The notes below the pieces were generated by a model, which made no database searches, was not told the origin of the DNA, and worked only from the letters and a program-made list of their open reading frames with translations. The translations under genes were made by a program, and so were the position numbers. DNA of 64,000 nt, from contig VMFW01000010.1 of the NCBI GenBank assembly GCA_007376265.1, positions 1,945 through 65,944 on the forward strand, read 5' to 3'. Positions 57,555 to 64,000 of this stretch are shown here, one piece after another (positions within the stretch are counted from its first letter, which is position 1; the number at the start of each line of letters is the position of its first letter). The DNA comes from Parcubacteria group bacterium Gr01-1014_20 (lineage in GTDB: Bacteria > Patescibacteriota > Minisyncoccia > UBA6257 > 2-01-FULL-56-20).

Positions 57555-58094
57555 ATAGCGGATGGCGAGGAAAACTTAATTCAAGGCGCCGCCAGGGGTG
57601 AGTCCTCGGCTTTTGGTCAACTTTATGATTTGTACCAACCAAGGATTTATCGGTTTGTGCTGATCAAGGTTGGTCAGCGTGAGGAAGCCGAGGATCTCAC
57701 TCATCAAGTATTTTTAAATGCCTGGCAGAATATGAAGAGTTACAAGAGTCGGGGTTTCCCCTTCTCGAGCTGGCTCTACAGAATTGCCAGAAATAAAGTG
57801 ATTGATTTTTACCGGACGAAAAGGGAATCCATCTCGATAGACCAGGTTGACCCAGAAGTATTCTTGGCGCCGGCAATTCAGCAGTTTAGCTTCGATAAAG
57901 ACATCGAGGCCGAAAGACTAGCGCAAGCAATCCAGGAGCTTGAGCCAAACTATCAAGACGTGGTCATTATGAGATTTGTGGAGGACCTCACGGTGGCAGA
58001 GACAGCAGCGGCTCTAAAAAAGAGTCAGGGATCGGTAAAAGTCATTCAGCATAGGGCCATAAAAAAACTAAAGGAAATTTTAAGGACTGACTAA
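57555..58094 (+). CDS. ECF sigma factor (start probably non-canonical ATA)
   Basis: AFGQLYD, AEDLT..VF..AW, F.SWLYRIARN, region 4 HTH. Confidence 0.9.
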   Translation: MADGEENLIQGAARGESSAFGQLYDLYQPRIYRFVLIKVGQREEAEDLTHQVFLNAWQNMKSYKSRGFPFSSWLYRIARNKVIDFYRTKRESISIDQVDPEVFLAPAIQQFSFDKDIEAERLAQAIQELEPNYQDVVIMRFVEDLTVAETAAALKKSQGSVKVIQHRAIKKLKEILRTD

Positions 58095-58579
58095 TGGACT
58101 TACTTAAAAGTTTAAGAAAACTAAATAGGATTCAACCGGACCAGGAATACTCTAGAAAATCAAAGCTGGTTGTTTTGAATACCCAACAACTTGACCCGAC
58201 ACCGAGTGTCTTTAGACTCCTTGCGATATCAAGCGCTAGGTTTACCACGGCGCTGGGAATTGTGGCTGTTTTCATTCTGGTGGTGGTGGGTGGTTTTTCA
58301 GTCAATAAAACAGGTGATGAAATTATAAGTGGACTAGATTTAAGAGGCCTTCGAGCGGAGGCTCAGGCAATTGATATCCAGATCGAACTCACGCGTGTGG
58401 TTTATGAGGAGGGAGATGAGACCGGGAAAACTATTATAGTCGCCAAGAAGATATCGCCATCGACCAAGGAAGAAGATGGGGCAATTATGGATGCGGAGAA
58501 AATCCTTGAGGAGATAAACGAATCAACTTCAACTGAAGTAACGACGATAGATGCTATTCTCGAAAAAATTGCTGATTAG
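58094..58579 (+). CDS. Membrane protein, putative anti-sigma factor
   Basis: Translationally coupled to the ECF sigma gene; single TM segment. Confidence 0.65.
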   Translation: MDLLKSLRKLNRIQPDQEYSRKSKLVVLNTQQLDPTPSVFRLLAISSARFTTALGIVAVFILVVVGGFSVNKTGDEIISGLDLRGLRAEAQAIDIQIELTRVVYEEGDETGKTIIVAKKISPSTKEEDGAIMDAEKILEEINESTSTEVTTIDAILEKIAD

Positions 58580-59351
58580 GCGCCATAGAAATATTGGGCT
58601 TTCGACGGTGTTTTTTGCTGTGGCGGCTTTTTTGATTTTGGGACTATATGCGCATACAGTCGCGGCTGAAGTAGGGGGGTGTGACTTGAAGGAAGAGAGC
58701 GCTCAACTCGATGCCCTTCAGAAGAGCGAGGCTGATTACATAGAAAAATCAAGGGGGGAACTTCAAGTTAAAAAGCAGATACTCACAAAAGTGATTGGTT
58801 GCGGTGTAAAGGAAACTGAAGATCTAACGGAGAAGATAGAGGAAATAACTTATAACGAACCGAACATACAGCGGCTGAAGCAGAAGATACTCAGAGAGCT
58901 CTCAAGCGCAAAGAATTATTATCAAATCCAGGGAGGTGGGATTTCGGATCTAGATTTAGTAGGAAGTAGAAATTTGTCTAAGAGAATTCTTGAATGGCGA
59001 CAAAACGACTATAACCTCCTTTCGAAAAAGGTGGTGGGTTTTCTCGCGCTCTCTAAGAACCAGGAGCTCATGAATATAGCTGAAAAGAGAATCGGACAGG
59101 CCGAGAGATTAATCGCGGCTTTCAAACTTTACGATAATAAAGATTTGGTTAGGTTGGCGTTCGAATCGTCGAATTATTTTAAACTCGCTAAAGAAAACGG
59201 ACTCAAAGCAGAGCAGGCATTTTCCGGTAGTTTTTATCAGCCCGATGAATCTATCGGTCTTATAAAGAACTCACTGGAATCGCTGGCGGTGGTTTACAAA
59301 AATCTCTTTGATTTCAACGCGACATTTAGGGGGCTACTACCGAAGCTATAA
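58551..59351 (+). CDS. Hypothetical exported helical protein
   Basis: Signal-like segment, 266-aa open frame in the ECF operon. Confidence 0.7.
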   Translation: MLFSKKLLIRRHRNIGLSTVFFAVAAFLILGLYAHTVAAEVGGCDLKEESAQLDALQKSEADYIEKSRGELQVKKQILTKVIGCGVKETEDLTEKIEEITYNEPNIQRLKQKILRELSSAKNYYQIQGGGISDLDLVGSRNLSKRILEWRQNDYNLLSKKVVGFLALSKNQELMNIAEKRIGQAERLIAAFKLYDNKDLVRLAFESSNYFKLAKENGLKAEQAFSGSFYQPDESIGLIKNSLESLAVVYKNLFDFNATFRGLLPKL

Positions 59352-59441
59352 AGCCTATAAGAACACTTATCCCTCACCATGAATGGTGAGGGATAAATTT
59401 TAAAAAGAGATCTCTTTTTAAGATCGACTGCGAGAGGAGGT

Positions 59442-59717
59442 CTATAGAACCGCCTCTTTAAGCGTCTTGCCGGCCCGGAATTTTGGCTTAACAGCGGCGG
59501 CAATGTGGATTTTTTCACCGGTTTTTGGATTGCGCCCCTCTCGAGCGGCTCTTTTGGCTACTCTGAAAGTGCCGAAGCCAGTGATGGCAACGTCCTCGCC
59601 GCGGCTCATGGTTTTAACGATGGTGTCGAAAACAGCTTCAACAATTCGCTCGGATTGAGCTTTCGTTTCGATGTTAGCCGCCTTCATAACGGCCTCGATT
59701 AAACCTGCTTTTGTCAT
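59442..59717 (-). CDS. hup: HU family DNA-binding protein
   Basis: GFGTF...R.AREGRNPKTGE...PKFRAGK. Confidence 0.96.
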   Translation of the reverse strand: MTKAGLIEAVMKAANIETKAQSERIVEAVFDTIVKTMSRGEDVAITGFGTFRVAKRAAREGRNPKTGEKIHIAAAVKPKFRAGKTLKEAVL

Positions 59718-59804
59718 TTTAAATAATGTCTTCTTTAACTCGACCTTTGCCTTTTGTGTTGTTTATTATAGCAAAATCAAGGGTTCACGCCTAATGGTCA
59801 CTCA

Positions 59805-59942
59805 ACTTTTTCTTTGGAGAGCCGGTGTCGCCAAAACTCCTGCGGTTTTGTCGCACCTGCATCTCGGCTGATTCATCCCTTCCGCCAACTGGCGGAGGAA
59901 CCAAGCTGAATCAGCCTCCGATAGCCTCTGCAAAGAAAAAGT
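59805..59942 (+). repeat. Multi-branch structured element, family 2 copy B
   Basis: 17-bp closing stem; linkers TGCATCTC and TCCGATA; same architecture as 26491-26624. Confidence 0.7.
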
Positions 59943-59977
59943 CTCGCTCTGGGTTAAATAAAAACATCTTATTTCGC

Positions 59978-60607
59978 TTAAGTTATAAAAACACCGGCGG
60001 CGATCACGGTGGTCCAAAGGCCCTCTTTGTTGCCGATGGCGGACTGGGTCATGTTCATGGTTTTGACGATCTTGCCGCTCATCTTGTAAAGCTGCTCACG
60101 CTCGCTCCAGGCGGTGTTGGGGTCAAATTCAATACCTAAGGTGGTGGCAAGCATACTTGCGGCCAGATCTTCGGCATACTCCCCCGCTTTTTCTTCAGTT
60201 TCACCAAAGGCGTGATGTTCGGAGAGATATCCGTATTGGGTTTCATCCGCTGGGATAGCGGCGCCGACGGAGGCGGCAATGAGGCGGTTGGGTTCGTTGG
60301 TCTGGAGGCGATCGTAAACGCAAAATATAACTTCGCCGGGCTGAACGAGTTTAACACCTTCTTCTTTGCTGATCTTTTTGCAACCGGGCGGGAAAATGCT
60401 CGAAACCAGAATTAGGTTCAGAAACTCAATGCCGGCCATGCGAAGGGCCATCTCAAAAGAACCGAGACGTTCTTTATGGACGCCAACCCCTTTGGTGAAG
60501 AAGATTTTCTTCGGCAGGATTACAACGTTGCGACCGGGTAAAACGATGCCGCCCGGAGTACTGGCTGGAGCGGCGTTTTGGGGCGGAAGGCTTTGTTCGT
60601 CAGGCAT
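59978..60607 (-). CDS. Pyruvoyl-dependent arginine decarboxylase
   Basis: SFEMALR.AGI...NL..VSSI.PP self-cleavage site, YGYLSEHH. Confidence 0.9.
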   Translation of the reverse strand: MPDEQSLPPQNAAPASTPGGIVLPGRNVVILPKKIFFTKGVGVHKERLGSFEMALRMAGIEFLNLILVSSIFPPGCKKISKEEGVKLVQPGEVIFCVYDRLQTNEPNRLIAASVGAAIPADETQYGYLSEHHAFGETEEKAGEYAEDLAASMLATTLGIEFDPNTAWSEREQLYKMSGKIVKTMNMTQSAIGNKEGLWTTVIAAGVFIT

Positions 60608-60775
60608 TTAGGTTTTCTAATTGTATGGGAAATAAAAAGGCGACGCAAGATTCGCTCATATTTCATTTCAGACGAGAGCTTCTCTGAAATAAAATACTCG
60701 CTTGAGGATGGGGGAGATAAAAAACACCCGCTCAATTCGAACGGGTGCTGTTTTCATGATTCATCCCGGGGTCAT

Positions 60776-61177
60776 TCATCGATAATGCGTAAAGCCGAAA
60801 CTATCGAGAAACTCCTGAAAAACACTTGAGGGGTTTTCTCCAAAGGTGGCGGCGAACATCCGGGCATTTAGATACTGACCAAAATGCCTGGCAAAGCTCA
60901 CCATTCCCTGAATGAGAACGGGCTCCTCGGTCCTCGGGTTCAGGAAGATGCTCACCGTGATACTGCTTTGAATCGATATCACGAGCTCGCCGATGCATTG
61001 GTATGTGCCTGACTGTTCGGCATCAAGCCAGAAATGCATGGAGCTTTGTTCCTTGTCCACCCCAATAACAGCGTGGCTGGCAAGACGAATAAACTCCTGA
61101 TGCCCACTGGCGCATTCGGACGACGCAAGGTTAATTGGGTCGCCAAGATCGGTTAAACAACTAATGGTCTTCAACAC
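60776..61177 (-). CDS. Hypothetical protein
   Basis: TTGACT...TATAAT promoter, AAGGAGG before TTG, terminator CACCCG/CGGGTG. Confidence 0.65.
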   Translation of the reverse strand: MLKTISCLTDLGDPINLASSECASGHQEFIRLASHAVIGVDKEQSSMHFWLDAEQSGTYQCIGELVISIQSSITVSIFLNPRTEEPVLIQGMVSFARHFGQYLNARMFAATFGENPSSVFQEFLDSFGFTHYR

Positions 61178-61260
61178 AACCCTCCTTGTGTACGTTTATC
61201 AGAGCCTTAGATCTCGTATTCTGCTTTCTCTATTATAACTAATCTGTTTAGAAAGTCAAG

Positions 61261-62265
61261 TTATATGATCTGATGCTGGTTGGAGGCGAAGGTGACGGCT
61301 TTTTTGATGTCGTCCTTGCCACCAATCCAGCGCAAGATGCGAGACATGCCGAAACCGCAGCCGGCGTGAGGCACCATGTTTTCTTTGGATTTCTCGATGT
61401 ACCAGGCAAAGTCGTCGAGGCTGCCACCCATATCTAAGAGACGCTTATACATCTTGGAATTCGTTAGGCGGTAAACGAGAGTCTCGGGGTCATCGACTCG
61501 AGCGGCGGAGCCAACCGCCTCCCCGGCTCCGGGCAGAATAAGGTCAGCGGAGAGGACGAGTCCGGGGGTGGCTTTGTCGGGCAACATGTTGAAAAACTTT
61601 TCGACTTCGATTTCTTTTTTGTGATCCCAGAGTGGGTCGGGGTAGCGAGTGATGAAGATGGGGTGGTTGTCGTGCATAGCGACCAGCTCGGCTTCTTTTT
61701 TAGAATTGATGTCATCGCCCCAATTCAAACCTAATTTTTGGATGGCTTCGGTGTAGGTGATTTTTGGAAAAACTGGTTTAACGTTGGCGAGATGGGCAAC
61801 GGCCATTTCGTTCAAGCCCATTTCTTTTTGTTTTTGAATGGGGAGTTTCACGATGTCATGGGCGATCGCATAAACAAAACTTTCAATGTGGTGGAGGAGT
61901 TTGTCAAAGTCGCCGGCAAATTCGATTTCCATCATTTGGAATTCAGTCAGGTGGCGATCGTCAGACCCGGGCTCAGCGCGGAAAGAGGGGCCAACGCAAT
62001 AAACTTTGCTTAGATATGGCACGAAAGCCTCGAGGTAAAGCTGGCCGGTTTGAGCGAGGTAGGCCTGGTGTCTTTTTGGATGGCCAAACCAGTTGAAGTC
62101 TTTATTCGAGCTCACTTCGAAAAGCGTGTTGACGTTTTCGCAGGCGCCGGAGGCGCGGACGACTCGAGGAGGAAAAATTTCGACGAAGCCTTCGCGCTCG
62201 AGATAGTTACGACCAGATTTGAAAACTTGCGCTTCTAAGAGCGCGGTGGAAAGTTTATCCTTCAT
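61261..62265 (-). CDS. AsnRS-like catalytic domain without anticodon-binding domain (archaeal-type asparagine synthetase-like)
   Basis: YLAQTGQLYLE, SFRAE....RHLTEF, PHAGCGFG; no N-terminal OB fold. Confidence 0.8.
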   Translation of the reverse strand: MKDKLSTALLEAQVFKSGRNYLEREGFVEIFPPRVVRASGACENVNTLFEVSSNKDFNWFGHPKRHQAYLAQTGQLYLEAFVPYLSKVYCVGPSFRAEPGSDDRHLTEFQMMEIEFAGDFDKLLHHIESFVYAIAHDIVKLPIQKQKEMGLNEMAVAHLANVKPVFPKITYTEAIQKLGLNWGDDINSKKEAELVAMHDNHPIFITRYPDPLWDHKKEIEVEKFFNMLPDKATPGLVLSADLILPGAGEAVGSAARVDDPETLVYRLTNSKMYKRLLDMGGSLDDFAWYIEKSKENMVPHAGCGFGMSRILRWIGGKDDIKKAVTFASNQHQII

Positions 62266-62315
62266 TTTTTATATTGTTTGTAATTTGTCCGGGCGACAAC
62301 CGGACTCTTTGACCT

Positions 62316-62456
62316 AAAAAAATTCCCCGCTTAACGGGGAATTTCAAAGTCAAAATTCAAATTCTGGCAGGCCCTTTGTGGGCCATCTCCTTTTCGGACC
62401 TTTTTATTCCGAATTGCCATTGGAGTTAATAGTACTCTACGGCTAGACGGGGTCAA
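62316..62456 (-). promoter_or_regulatory. Promoter, leader ORF (62331-62420) and terminator hairpin upstream of the AsnRS-like gene
   Basis: TTGACC-N16-TACTAT; 29-codon ORF ends inside AAATTCCCCG-TTAAG-CGGGGAATTTTTTT. Confidence 0.55.
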
Positions 62457-62468
62457 TGTGGAAAACTT

Positions 62469-63404
62469 CTAAGGCTGAAGAATATCCCCGGTTCTCCCTT
62501 CGACCGATATTTGCACGCTTTTTACCGTGGGGAATTCAAGGAGGGTTTGCTCAATTTGGCTCCTTAGCGCCGTCATGTGGCAGGATCCCCCACCCTCTTC
62601 GAGTTTTTTACTGAAGTCAACGTAAGCCACGCTATCTTCAACTCTGATGGAGTTTAACCAAACGCCCTTGGGGATGTTGGTCGTATAACCGGCGTCAATT
62701 TCGTTTTGATACAACCCATTTAAAAGAGAGAGTATAGCAAACGTGGCCACTTGCGAGGTCTTGGTGTAGTAGCGTTCGACCGGAACCACTTCGGTGCAGT
62801 TTTTCACGGGTTTTATTTTATCGTTCGTGAAATAAACTTTCAATACGGCCTGCTCGGGCATCGTGTTGGTCATTCTGGTGCTCACCGTTAGGCTGGGCAG
62901 GATTTTTTTGACCTCCGTGTCTGGCTTAGGGATACGCATCACCACAAAACCTGGATCGTGAGCAAAAATGTACCAGCTTTCTTTTTCACTTTCGAAAGCC
63001 AGGATGTCGCTCGCGTTTTTAAAGTTAATGTCTACTGTTTTTGGAGCACAGGTGTCACAGTAATGCATCTCTTCAAAGGCTTGCTTTGGGGAAGAGAAGC
63101 CTGGGCCATCGTTGCTTATCACCCTTATGCTTCCGATCTGATCGGTGTTTTTATTGTGAAGGAGAATCTCGGCGCCAAAAGATCGTAGGTCGATTACTTT
63201 GGGGTCGTAATCTAATTTCACAGTCACTTCGGGATAGACTCCTTCGTAACCGGTTACGAAAACGTGAGTGAAGGTCTCGGTTTCTCTAGAAATATATCCG
63301 TTATCTTCTTGTTGGGGTGGTTTTTGGAAAACAGTGTAAATAATAAGGCCGGCTAACATTACAGCAAGAACTATAGTTAATATTTTGAAAAACTTAGGTG
63401 ACAT
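62469..63404 (-). CDS. Membrane-anchored GerMN domain protein
   Basis: LKVYF...C..V.PVER, AYVDFS...GGSC....SQI..TL.EFPTV. Confidence 0.85.
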   Translation of the reverse strand: MSPKFFKILTIVLAVMLAGLIIYTVFQKPPQQEDNGYISRETETFTHVFVTGYEGVYPEVTVKLDYDPKVIDLRSFGAEILLHNKNTDQIGSIRVISNDGPGFSSPKQAFEEMHYCDTCAPKTVDINFKNASDILAFESEKESWYIFAHDPGFVVMRIPKPDTEVKKILPSLTVSTRMTNTMPEQAVLKVYFTNDKIKPVKNCTEVVPVERYYTKTSQVATFAILSLLNGLYQNEIDAGYTTNIPKGVWLNSIRVEDSVAYVDFSKKLEEGGGSCHMTALRSQIEQTLLEFPTVKSVQISVEGRTGDILQP

Positions 63405-63414
63405 CAGCTTAGTA

Positions 63415-63440
63415 TACGTTAAAACACCGGAAATGTTAGT
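63415..63440 (-). promoter_or_regulatory. ECF-type promoter ACTAAC-N16-CGTA
   Basis: Upstream of the GerMN gene, same spacing as the other sites. Confidence 0.5.
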
Positions 63441-63463
63441 TGAACTTTTGGTTCTTAGCTTTT

Positions 63464-63538
63464 TTAGATGTCCTCCTCCTTGAAACTAAACCCAAGGAGC
63501 CAAAGAGCTAACAAGATTATGATAACTGTCCAGAGCAT
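63464..63538 (-). pseudogene. Truncated small membrane protein (lmo0937/DUF5670-like)
   Basis: MLWTVIIILLALWLLGFSF followed by an early stop. Confidence 0.5.
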
Positions 63539-63577
63539 GATTTTTTTCTAGGACATTGTACCTAAAACAATCGTTGC

Positions 63578-64000
63578 TTACGCAGGGTTGTATAAGAGTT
63601 TGAGTTTCTCTAGTCCTCGATGCGCTTGTACCGCCATCGCGTTTTTTGTCTCTCCAGTGATGAGCGACATCTCTTTGAGTGATAAATCCTGAACATACCG
63701 CATCCGCATCACTCTTTGATACTTCTCTGGGAGACGCTGAATCAAGACAAGCGCTGACTTTCCATCTAATAAATTAAGCACACGCCCGGAGTCAGCGTTT
63801 GCCGGCTCAAAGCCTTTTTCCATCATCACATCGAGTGATGCCGTTTTGCGTTTTCGGTATTCATCTACAATTAAGTTATTTAGGATGTGGTAAAGAAAAG
63901 CTTTCATCACATCAATTTTTCCTCCCTTCACCAAATAGCTCCATGTTTTAGCAAATGTATCTTGGACCATGTCTTCTCCGGTCTCGTGATTGTTTACCTT
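63578..64000 (-). CDS. ECF sigma factor (5' end outside the window)
   Basis: D.VQDTF.KTW, AFLY.ILNNLIVD.YRK, LPEKY...MRY..DLS..E. Confidence 0.9.
   Translation of the reverse strand, partial: KVNNHETGEDMVQDTFAKTWSYLVKGGKIDVMKAFLYHILNNLIVDEYRKRKTASLDVMMEKGFEPANADSGRVLNLLDGKSALVLIQRLPEKYQRVMRMRYVQDLSLKEMSLITGETKNAMAVQAHRGLEKLKLLYNPA

Noticed and set aside
59802-60139. Short ORFs between hup and the decarboxylase gene
   Set aside because: They overlap the structured element and the decarboxylase 3' end; no coding signals.
60638-60703. AGGCGACG and an adjacent hairpin, as a possible fourth tRNA-element end
   Set aside because: No tRNA or duplication nearby; the motif falls within a TTGCGT-N17-TACAAT promoter on the minus strand, and the hairpin is single-copy here.

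Overview
A 64-kb window from a small-genome bacterium. Gene content and style (stand-alone 23S rRNA, type IV pilus/competence cluster, DsbA/VKOR, few biosynthetic genes, many ORFans) point to Patescibacteria/CPR, probably Parcubacteria; this is inference. It contains the 5' part of an unlinked 23S rRNA, seven tRNA genes, a SAM-I riboswitch before metK, housekeeping genes (murD, gatCA, ligA, pepA, hup, a mitochondrial-architecture PheRS, a broken CCA-adding enzyme gene), a pilM-N-O-P-B-T-C-pilin-pilD-minor pilin cluster with comF, and two ECF sigma factors. The strongest candidate for an undescribed system is a family of small tRNA-anchored elements. Three different tRNA genes (Met/Ile2-CAT, Asp, Arg) are each followed by a duplicate of their own 3' end, always preceded by the motif GCGACG. 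Two of the three enclose a homologous ~130-145-nt structured core with a variable segment antisense to the host tRNA T-arm. The third encloses a GIY-YIG nuclease whose stop codon overlaps GCGACG. A second, unrelated covarying structured element occurs twice. Other signals: uORF-plus-terminator leaders on the 23S rRNA and on an AsnRS paralogue, a readable ECF regulon, three distinct classes of translation-start context, and two apparent internal deletions (cca, pilD-pilin). All calls are by eye, with no database searches.
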